From Marsupella aquatica (taxonomy: Eukaryota > Plantae > Marchantiophyta), in contig OZ316894.1 of the NCBI GenBank assembly GCA_973895155.1, positions 1,115,968 to 1,179,967 of the forward strand: a stretch of DNA of 64,000 bases, written 5' to 3'. Positions within the stretch are counted from its first letter, which is position 1. Each line of letters opens with the position of its first letter. Shown in pieces: positions 1 through 10,840 of this stretch. Position numbers and translations under genes: made by a program. The notes below the pieces were generated by a model. It saw only the letters and a list, made by a program, of their open reading frames with translations. It searched no databases and was not told the origin of the DNA.

Positions 1-2343
1 TTCTCGGTCTTGAACATAACTTTTTCTCCGCTGGCCCTTTCCCTACCTTCATCTTCAATCTAACGTCAAGCTTGTCTATCGTACAAGTAGACGATAACCA
101 ACTGAACGGGAAGTTAGATGGAGATTTCGGAGCATTCCAGTTATTGACCTATTTTACTGCTGCAAATAACCATTTTCACGGCCCCCTTCCGGAATCGTTC
201 AGCAATTGTTCCAATCTGCGTAATTTGGTTTTGTCAGGAAATACCCTGAGTGGAGAAATTCCCCTCAGGCTCGGCAACATAACCAGGCTAGAGTTACTTT
301 ATCTTGGCAGCAATCAGCTTCATGGAAGTATTCAGGGTGACTTCCTGAGGAACTTTCACTTGATGCAATCCCTTGATTTCAGTAACAATAATTTGAGTGG
401 TACTATCCCAGCAGAGATTGGCCAGCTTGTCTATTTGCAGCAGTTGAATATGTTTACAAATAATTTCAACGGAGCACTTCCGGATTCCTTGGGGAATTGT
501 ACACAGTTGCTAGCAGTGGACTTCTCATACAATAGACTGACCAGCAGTATTCCCGGGGAAGCTTTTGGAACGATGTCGTTACTGAATAGCTTGAACTTAT
601 CGGCCAATCTATTTTCTGGTTCATGGCCATCACAGTTTAGTGCACTGCAGCACATTGTTGTCATAAATGTCTCCGTCAACAACATCTCAGGACCAATTCC
701 TCTGGGCCTCGGAGCATGCCTTTCGCTGCGAACCTTGGATCTGTCTTTCAATCGGTTGTCAGGACCGCTTCCTCCAGATCTTGTATTGCTTAACGATTTT
801 ACCACGTTCAATGCTTCTTACAACAACTTAAGTGGGTCGATTCCTAATTCGGGTGCTTTCTACGTCAATCTGACGTCGGCATCATTTTTGGGAAATCCTG
901 GCCTGTGTGGAGCTATATTGGGGCCTCAACGACTCTGTCCAGTTGAAACTATAGCGTCGCCAAATGGGAGATCACATTGCAATGGTTTCGAATGTCCCAT
1001 TGTGTGGATCTCGGTCGTTTCTGCTCTGGGCTTTGTTATCGTTCTCCTGGGAGCCTTATATATCTCCTCCCGTTATTACGGCAAGAGAGACAGCGGGAGC
1101 GGGAGCGGGGACCTTGGACTCGTCTTATTTACAACTGATCCTTCGATGAGGTTCTTTACAAAGTCGGACATACTTACTGCCGTAGGAGCTGGGGAGAACT
1201 CTGCAATTGGAAGGGGTCCCAAAAGCATTGTGTACAAGGCTAGTTTACCCGGCGGTGAGTTTATAGCCATCAAAGTTCTGCAGGATCGAAGGCCATCTAA
1301 TATTGAGGGCGGGATTGAGGGACAGAGTCAAGATGAAAAGGAAATCTTGAGCGAGGCCCACACGCTTGCTCAGTTACGGCACCGAAATATCATTAAGCTT
1401 GTTGGGCTGTACTCTAGTGAGGATATGAAGGCCATCTTGCTAGAATACATGCCCAACGGAAGTTTACATGAAAACCTGCATGGAAATGCTCCGTGTGAGT
1501 TGACTTGGGCAGAAAGATTCAAGATACTCTTGGGTGTGACCAATGGAATGGTGTACCTTCACCATGAGTTTCCAGACCCGATCATCCACAGAGATTTGAA
1601 GCCAAGCAACATACTTATGGATGCAGATATGGAACCGAAGCTATGTGACTTCGGCATTTCCAAGTTTGTGACATACAACAACGGGGAGAATGGGGAAGTG
1701 TCCGCCTCAACCATTTGTGGCACCGTTGGCTACATGGCCCCAGGTGAGACTGTTCTACTGATTAATTTACTCTATTCTTAAACTCAATTTGACAGACTGT
1801 TCTCCTTACTGACAGACATTTAATGGAACCTCTGGAAATGTACTCTGAGAGACTATTATTTACATACTTAGTACCAAGACTTAGCCTGTTAGTATTGGTT
1901 TTTGACTTTAATTTCTTCCATTGGTTGACCCAGAATATGGGACAGGTACGAGAGTGAGCACCAAAGGAGATGTTTATAGCTTTGGAGTGGTTCTTCTTGA
2001 GCTCTTGACTGCCAAAGCAGCTGTACAATCTCAAAGGATCACCCCTTCTGGCCAAGATGAGGGTGTGGTGAGCATAGTGCAGCATAGTATTTAGTCAAAT
2101 ATGACGCCTGGAGCTTTACCAGTAAAGGTCCTTGACCCAACTCTCAAAATTGAGGGTGCTAGTGATGCTATCATTAGCCAAAAAATTATGTTAACTTTGC
2201 AGCTAGGCCTTTTCTGCACAAGGGAGCTGCCTGAAAATCGCCCATCCATGAATGTTGTGCATGAGTTCTTAGTTGAGATTGAGAAGATAGGTGATGGACC
2301 AGTCACCCAAAGAACTTTGGATGACCTCCTCAGGGAAGAATGA
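1..2343 (+). pseudogene. LRR receptor-like kinase, copy 1 (5' part outside window); exon <1..1743, intron 1744..1933, exon 1934..2343 with in-frame TAG at 2092-2094 (truncated kinase or pseudogene)
   Basis: Plant LxxLxLxxNxLxGxIP repeats, SFLGNPGLCG cap, TM helix, kinase motifs AIK, HRDLKPSN, DFG, GYMAP|EY split by a GT-AG intron. Exon 2 reads [25 protein letters not shown]...QHSI* and then continues in frame to RPSM...LLREE*. Confidence 0.9.
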
Positions 2344-4624
2344 TGTTCCAAATTTTGAAAATTACCAGACCATGCTATTCTCAGCACTTGGTCTCAGTGA
2401 GGCTGAAATATATCATATAACTTGTTGTCTCCAGCAAAGCTGCTTGGTAATGTTGTGTTCATTTTCTGTTGTTTTAGTAGAAATTTGAGAGTTTGACGCA
2501 TTGTTTTCAAAGTGACGTCTCGAGTAACGTGATGACACAAATGTACTATTTTTTTACTAAAAGGCCAAAAATGAAACCAACGAGACAACAGAAAACTATA
2601 CTCTAGATGAAATGAAAAGAGGCAGTAACCAAAGCTCATGATTGATCGAGATGCACAGTACAATCTATAAAAGAAACTGTTAGAAAATCATTATATTGTG
2701 TGTGCTTGAATTGTGAAAGAAGGGCAGGGACACTAAAGCCATCAAGGGGAGGGCCGCCCACTTGATTGATAAAAAATATGGCAAAGAATTTTCACCAATT
2801 AGTCAATGTCGAGGTCAATGTCTGGAGGTGCTTTCTCATGGCTTTTGGGATAAAAAGCGGATTTCGAGAAAATCGCTTGAGATCCTGCAAACACATCAGG
2901 ACTTTTGGATAGGATATGCGTGAGGATATGTTTTGAGGTGTCATCAATCAGAGATGTTTCCAAGGAACTAGGGCGGGAGTGAGGCATGATTGCACAATGT
3001 AATTAGAGCTATTTCATTGTTACAATCAATCACTACAACACTATTGGTCTGTTTTGCAAATCCCAACTCATCGCAACTAACAAGTGGCCGGTTTTCAGAA
3101 TTCTGGTCGTTACGAGCTGACCGCATTGCAAATGACCCGTGACCTGCAAAGCAAAACACTTCGCATCCGGGCCATTGCAACGCCATCACAACCCCATGGC
3201 AAAGTTAGAAGCAGAAAGCTTCTCAATCTTGAATACTCGTGCAATCGCTTATAACTCGCAAAAGGTTCAAAAAAGTACTGACACGCACACATTCCGCGCG
3301 GGCGTCAATGTTTTTGAAGTATTTACCATTGAATAGCGTTTGCAAATCACGTACGTTGACTTCAGTTTGTGACATATTTCTTGCATCACAAAGAGCAATG
3401 TGCGCTGCTTGTCTGAGAAGTTTCTGAACCGTTTGTGCTGGCAGAGTGCCAGCTTCAGAGTATCACAAAAAGCGGGCTTTTTGATATGGCAAGTTATGAT
3501 CGAAGGTAATTGACTCCAAAATTGTGAAGTCTTGAAGCTATGTATTGTTCGATGGTAAGGCATTTGCAGGGGGTTCGCAACATTATGACAACACAAGATT
3601 CAATACATAATTTGAGAGGGATTTTCCTTGGGACCCAATGTGGAAGCCAAAATTGCTCTTTATAAAATGCGAAACATATGCATGAACAAAATTATAGGGC
3701 TTAAAAGAAACCATATTAATACATGCCCAAGAGAGGTGGCATATCTGATGGCAAGTCTGCCCTGGCTTCTACACCTATGCTCCCTCTTCCTACCCTAAGC
3801 TCTGGCGTCACTCTCATGCTTGTCTCTCTACAAAATAACTAGAATGGTTTGCCATTGGGATTTTAGAAGGGGGGGGGGGGGGAATGTGTGAAACCCACAG
3901 AAAGGGAAGGGTCAGCCACATTAATTGAATCCAAGACCTAGGTATATATATTTTGCCCTTTAGTTAGCGCAACTGAAAGTGTCACTTTACACCTTTTTCT
4001 TACCTAATGAACTTGAATGTTATGGGAGAGTTATAAGGGTTACTACTGTAGTTGTTTTTGGGGGGGGGTTCTCTGGTTGCCGAGGTTATGCCAAGGCTTG
4101 ATCCGAGTGATTCTTGGCTGACGAGGTTTTACAAGACATGGTAAGTATAAGCTAACTTCTCCTTTATTTCCACCAATATTTTCAGGCCCCATCACCAAGG
4201 CAAGGTCAGCCAAGAATCCCCAACTTTGACTTGGAAGGGAAAGTTGTGAAGTGTTTCCCTTGTGAAGTGTTCCCTTCCGTGTTCTGGTCTCGACGACTTC
4301 CCACTTTCACTTTCGTTCTTATTGTAGGGCTTGTTTTTAGCACTTTACTCCTTACTGTAAAGTGGCGTGGGTGTAAGGCAGTCTGTTGCCCAACACGTGT
4401 TCGAGCTTCCTATGCCGCGCCTGGCTCTTTTCAAACTCATTTGAAGGGCAGGAATGCCTCCACTTAAGCAGTATGCGCGACTGGCTCTGGATAGAGCATT
4501 CAGTCTTTTGCAATGAATCAATCAATGGATGTGAGCGCAATGTTTGCACTCTTCCATAGATAGTGCGTATGATTTTACGAATGTGTCAAAGTGTCTTATG
4601 TTTTGTTCTCCAAGCTATAGATCA

Positions 4625-4968
4625 CAAAAGTGCACTGAGAAGCATATCCTCTAAGGCAAGGCTCCTGATCCGGTTACACTGAGGTGAGTAGACAGCGGCT
4701 CTAGCTTGAGAGTGTGAAAGGTGGGCAAGACCAGACTACTCCTTCCAGTCCGTTCTGTTGCATTGCTGGAGCAAGTTCAGCCAAGAATCCCTAACTTGGA
4801 CTTGGATGAGAAAGTGCACTGAGAAGCATAATTATCCTCCAAGTGTAGTGCAAACCTCCTAAATTAATAATCCGCCTACACTGAGCTGAGTAGACAGTGG
4901 CTCTGAGAGTGTGAAAGGTGGCCAAAGACCCAGACCACTCCTTCCCTTTCCGTTGCATGGCTGGAGCA
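4625..4968. repeat. Diverged direct duplication of about 185 bp
   Basis: aaagtgcactgagaagcata...tacactga..gagtagacag.ggctct..gagagtgtgaaaggtgg occurs twice. The gccaagaatccc.aactt.gacttgga segment is also present near 4205. Confidence 0.7.
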
Positions 4969-4994
4969 CCTATATAATAAAGAAAGAGCAGAAG

Positions 4995-5066
4995 CCAAAA
5001 TATTATCCCTTTGCAAATCTCTCACAATCTCCAAAATATTATCCCTTTGCAAATCTCTCACAATCT
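4995..5066. repeat. 36-bp perfect tandem duplication
   Basis: ccaaaatattatccctttgcaaatctctcacaatct x2. Confidence 0.95.
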
Positions 5067-6298
5067 CTCAATCAGTACGTCCAATGCACCGTGAGCAAGG
5101 TCGGCAAGAGGACCAAGAGACTCAGACTCATTCAGCTGTGGCTCATGCTCGAAGATCATTCTGCTGCTAGAGAAATCTCTTTGATTACGTACATTGCCGT
5201 CAACGCAATGTGAGCTTCTTCTTGCTTTTGCCCCCTGATGAAGTCCTGTCTGCTTAGCGCGCTAGAAGCAGTTTGTCCTTTATTACAATCAAATCGACAT
5301 CAACTTGCGCTGCTTCTTAGCTGTTGGCCTGCGTGCCTGGTGCAGAGAAAGCGCGCAGGAGGAGGCAGTAGGAGAAAGAGTAGATTTGCTCTTGCCTACT
5401 CCGCGGGGCTCAGGGCCATGCTACGTGAGACGGACACAGTACAAGAGACGTTTTATAGACGATAGTTATTCATCGGGATTTGTTTCAGACAAGGTCATCC
5501 ACAGCATGGCAAGACCTTGATCTTCATGGATGCAAGGAAGAAGATATGAGTGACGCTGTGACGCTGTGACGCAGCTAGCCGTTCCGACCGCTCTACTCAA
5601 TCATGCGAATGCAGTATCGGCTGTTACTGACTGAGTTTTAAGATCTGGGTATGGCCCGGAATACTCTATCCAGCCAGTTTTGAATTTATCTCAAGTTGAG
5701 CCCAGTGCTAAGTTAGTGCTTCCGATTAAACTCGATCGAGACACAGTACCTTCCTGCAAATATAATCTATTTAATTGACTCGAACTATTCTCCTTAGCAC
5801 TGTCGAGAAGTTAAATTGTCTGCTTTCGATCAAGACTGACTCGTGCCACGTAAAGCTAATTGCAGTTGATCGTCTCTCCTAACGATAGGATGGGTGAAAA
5901 GTCCCACTGGATATTTCTTTTTCTACGTCATTGTTCTGGAGAGAATTGAATATATATCACAGAGCTCAGATATCTCAGGCGTTATCTGGTTCACTAATCC
6001 TACGTGGAAAATTGTGGGAAATGGTTCTTCGATCACAACATCAATCAGTCACACTGAAAGACATATATGATGATTTGGGGATTGGGATCTTCCAGCCGCA
6101 TAGGATCAATAACTGTTAGACGATTAAGGCACTAGTCTAGTGTACAGCAGTCCTAACGGCGACCTAGGAGCTGATTTGTCAGTCATCTTATAATTTGTGA
6201 TGCGAATTGCAGAAATCAGTTAATTCCTTTGTTTGATACTGAGAGTAACGAGGAAAAGACCGTGGATTAATCCTTCCATGTATTGGCCTAATGTAGAG

Positions 6299-9200
6299 AT
6301 GGCAACAGCGATTAGAGTCACTCTTCTCCGGTTTACCATCATCACCGTTGTCATCCTCGTCAACGGGAAATGGTCTTGTTGGGGTTCTATCCACAGCAGT
6401 CTAGAGAGACATGCTGCAGCGGCGTCAAACGGGATGGGACGAGCCACTAGTTCTCCAGGGTTCAATCTGGTATCCACTGGTGCGTCCAGTCCTACTCTTC
6501 GCACACGCTACAAGATAAGGAGAAGACAACTCTCGTTTGCGCGAAATGAAAAATTCTATCCGATCGAGTCAAGCAAGGAAGTGGAAATTCTCATGTCTTT
6601 CAAGAGTGAAATCACGGGCGATCCGCTGGGAGTGCTGAGCAGCTGGGGTGCAAATGATACTGATCCCTGTAGATGGACGGGGGTTCAATGTTCTCCGAAC
6701 TCCAAGTATGTCACCACCATCGATCTGGAGGGCCGTCACCTGGTAGGAACGGTCTCAACCCTCCTTGGTCAGCTTTCAAATCTGCAGCATCTGGACCTGT
6801 CGAAAAACTTCCTGCACGGCGCAATACCAGCAAGTCTTGGAAACTGCTCCAATCTGTTATATCTCAACATGTCCTTCAATGAACTGCATGGATATATCCC
6901 GCAGTCAATGGGGAATCTTGGCAAACTTCAAAGTCTGGACTTGCTCACCAACAACCTCACTGGAGGAATTCCAGAAGCACTCGGCAACTGTTCGGCCTTT
7001 CAGTATTTGGAGTTAGGTACAAACGTTTTGGACGGTAGCATTCCTTCTCAATTCGGCGCGTTGACCAATTTGCAGTATCTGAGTCTCAGGTACAACTCAA
7101 TTTCTGGCTCCGTTCCACCTTCTTTGGGTAATTTGTCATCACTTACCGAGTTGTGGTTGAATTACAATCAAAGACTGGGCGGAGAGCTCCCGTTCCAGTT
7201 GGGAGAGTTGATTCACATGCAACGTTTTCACGCATTCGAGTGCAGCTTCCAGGGAAGTTTCCCTATGTGGGCCTTGAATCTCACTTCACTGCAGGAACTC
7301 AGATTAGATCGGAATCAATTCAATGGACCATTACCTCAGTCCTGGAGACAATTACGAAATCTTTCCTGGTTGGGATTGGAATCCAATCTTTGGGATGCAT
7401 CTGAGATTCCACGTGATATAGGTGCACTGACTAATTTGCAAAATCTTGACCTCGCGAATTGTGGTTTCGTCGGAGACATTCCAAGATCTGTATTCAATCT
7501 CAGCTCCCTTGTGTCTCTTTTACTGCCCGAGAACCAGCTATCGGGTACTGTCCCAAATGAAATAGGTTTGCTCAGATACTTGAAAGAACTACAACTGGAC
7601 ACGAACGCTTTCAGCGGCGTATTTCCCTGGAACTCAATATCGAATTGTTCACTCTTAGAGGTCCTCTCGGTGGGATATAACCAAGGATTTGATCCTCAAG
7701 GTTTTCCCTCCTGGATAGGATCATTACAAAATTTGCAGAAGTTTGACTTTTCTGAGATGAATCTGCAGGGTGAAATACCCACAGAGATAGGTCAACTATC
7801 CCAACTAAGTTTTATTTCAATGTTTATGAACAATTTGTCGGGAGCGATTCCAGCTTCTCTGAGGAATTGCAGTTTTCTTTCCGTTCTTGATCTAGGCGTC
7901 AATCAGCTAACCGGTCAGGTTCCCCCCGAGTTAGGACACCTGTCACAACTGCTCTTTGTCGCTCTTGAAAGCAATTTCTTCTCCGCTGGCCCTTTCCCTA
8001 CCTTCATCTTCAATCTAACGTCAACCTTGGAGTTTGTACAAGTTGACCATAATCAATTCAACGGGAAGTTAGCTGGAGATTTCGGAGCCTTCCAGCTATT
8101 GAACACGTTTGCTGCTTCACATAACCATTTTCACGGCCCGCTTCCGGAATCCTTCAGCAATTGTTCCAATCTGGTCAATTTGGTTTTGTCAGGAAATACC
8201 CTGAGTGGGGAAATCCCCCTCGGGCTCGGCAATATGACCAGTCTAGAGTTACTTTATGTTGACAGCAATCAGCTTCATGGAAGTATTCAGGGTGACTTCC
8301 TGAGGAACTTTCACTTGATGCAATCCCTTGATTTCAGTAACAATAATTTGAGTGGTACTATCCCAGCAGAGATTGGCCAGCTTGTCTATTTGCAGCAGTT
8401 GAATATGTTTACAAATAATTTCAACGGAGCACTTCCGGATTCCTTGAGGAACTGTACACAGTTGCTAGCAGTGGACTTCTCATACAATAGACTGACCAGC
8501 AGTATTCCCGGGGAAGCTTTTGCAACGATGTCGTTACTGAATAGCTTGAACTTATCGGCCAATCTATTTTCTGGTTCATGGCCATCACAGTTTAGTGCAC
8601 TGCAGCACATTGTTGTCATAAATGTCTCCGCCAACAACATCTCAGGACCAATTCCTCTGGGCCTCGGAGCATGCCTTTCGCTGCGAACCTTGGATCTGTC
8701 TTTCAATCGGTTGTCAGGACCGATTCCTCCAGATCTTGGATTGCTTAAGGATCTTACCACGTTCAATGCTTCTTACAACAACTTAAGTGGGTCGATTCCT
8801 AATTCGGGTGCTTTCTACGCCAATCTGACGTCGGCATCATTTTTGGGAAATCCTGGCCTGTGTGGAGCTATATTGGGGCTTCAACGACTCTGTCCAGTTG
8901 AATCTATAGCGTCGCCAAAGGGGAGATCACATTGCAATGGTTTCGAATGTCCCATTGTGTGGATCTCGGTCGTTTCTGCTCTGGGCTTTGTTATCGTTCT
9001 CCTGGGAGCCTTATATATCTCCTCCCGTTATTACGGCAAGAGAGACAGCGGGAGCGGGAGCGGGGACCTTGGACTCGTCTTATTTACAACTGATCCTTCG
9101 ATGAGGTTCTTTACGAAGTCGGACATACTTACTGCCGTAGGAGCTGGGGAGAACGCTGCAATTGGAAGGGGTCCCAAAAGCATTGTGTACAAGGCTAGTT

Positions 9201-10304
9201 TACCCGGCGGTGAGTTTATAGCCATCAAAGTTCTGCAGGATCGAAGGCCATCTAATATTGAGGGCGGGATTGAGAGACAGAGTCAAGATGAAAAAGAAAT
9301 CTTGAGCGAGGCCCACACGCTTGCTCAGTTACGGCACCGAAATATCATTAAGCTTGTTGGGCTGTACTCTAGTGAGGATATGAAGGCCATCTTGCTAGAA
9401 TACATGCCCAACGGAAGTTTACATGAAAACCTGCATGGAAATGCTCCGTGTGAGTTGACTTGGGTAGAAAGATTCAAGATACTCTTGGGTGTGACCAATG
9501 GAATGGTGTACCTTCACCATGAGTTTCCAGACCCGATCATCCACAGAGATTTGAAGCCAAGCAACATACTTATGGATGCAGATATGGAACCGAAGCTTTG
9601 TGACTTTGGCATTTCCAAGTTTGTGACATACAACAACGGGGACAATGGGGAAGTGTCCGCCTCAACCATTTGTGGCACCTTTGGCTACATGGCCCCAGGT
9701 GAGACTGTTCTACTGATTAATTTACTCTATTCTTAAACTCAATCTGACAGACTGTTCTCCTTATTGACAGACATTAATTTAACGGAACCTCAATAATGTA
9801 CTCTGAGAGACTATTATTTACATACTTAGTACCAAGACTTAGCCTGTTAGTATTGGTTTTTGACTTTATTTTCTTCCATTGGTTGACCCAGAATATGGGA
9901 CAGGTACGAGAGTGAGCACCAAAGGAGATGTTTATAGCTTTGGAGTGGTTCTTCTTGAGCTCTTGACTGCCAAAGCAGCTGGACAAACTCAAAGCATGAC
10001 ACCTTCTGGCCAAGATGAGGGTCTAGTGGCCATAGTACAACATTGTATTCAAGAGTCAAGCATGACACCTGTAGCTACACCAGTAGATGTCCTTGACCCA
10101 ACTCTCAAAATTGAGGGTGCTAGTGATGCTTTCATTGGGCAGCAAATGATGTTAACTTTGCAGTTAGGCCTTTTTTGCACGAGGGCGCTACCTGAAAATC
10201 GTCCATCCATGAATGTTGTGCTGGAGTTCTTAGTTGAAATTGAGAAGATAGGTCAGGGAACAGTTACACAAAGAACTTTGGATGACCTCCTCAGGGACGA
10301 GTGA
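6299..10304 (+). CDS. LRR receptor-like Ser/Thr kinase, copy 2 (LRR-XI/XII-like architecture); exons 6299..9698 and 9892..10304 (alternative ATG at 6278)
   Basis: Signal-peptide-like N-terminus, LRRNT (LSSW...PCRWTGVQC), roughly 30 plant-type LRRs, TM, RD kinase with a single intron at GYMAP|EY (gt 9699, ag 9891). Open through TGA at 10302-10304. Confidence 0.95.
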
Positions 10305-10769
10305 TGTTGTTCCACCTTTGGAAATTAACCAGTCAGACGCTGATATTGTCAGCACTTGTTTGGATTGAGACTGAAATGTATAACATATAACTTGTTGTCT
10401 CCAGCAGGAAAGCTGCTTTGTAATTATGTTGTGTTTAATTTCTGTCTTTCTAGGACGTACGTAGAGATTGAGAGTTTGACACATTGCTTTCAATGTAACG
10501 GAATGTAACGACTTCACTCAATTATTACTAATAAGCCAATAGAAGCCAACGTGACGACAGAAAAATGTAGACGAAAAGAAAAGGGGCAGTAAATGGACAA
10601 AGAGCTTTAGTAGATCAGTGCATATTTCAAACTTTTTCTTTCAGTTGTAGTCCTAGATTATTTTCGCTAGTATCTTGCATGTAGACCAAGTTCTGTTCTA
10701 AAGTGCGTGTCTTGTTATGAAATCTGTCAGTCATATTTTCACTGCCGGGTACTTCCTTACTAAATGTGC

Positions 10770-10840
10770 GAAAGAAATTTCCCCTAACGTCAAAGTTACT
10801 GAAAGAAATTTCCCCTAATGTCAAAGTTACTGAAAGAAAT
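10770..10840. repeat. 31-bp tandem repeat (2.3 copies)
   Basis: gaaagaaatttcccctaa(c/t)gtcaaagttact x2 plus a partial copy. Confidence 0.9.

Noticed and set aside
2092-2094. Rescue of stop codons here and in the PAE/GT2 pseudogenes by U-to-C RNA editing
   Set aside because: Such editing is known for organellar transcripts; these are nuclear genes, and PAE and GT2 also carry frameshifts.
4205-4225. cagccaagaat resembles the 5' end of miR169
   Set aside because: Similarity stops after about 11 nt and there is no full miRNA/miRNA* duplex.
431-8766. Duplicated antisense ORFs (431..811 and 8386..8766) and similar shadows over the GT34, HMA and 58 kb genes
   Set aside because: By-products of the sense-strand coding sequence; no independent motifs.
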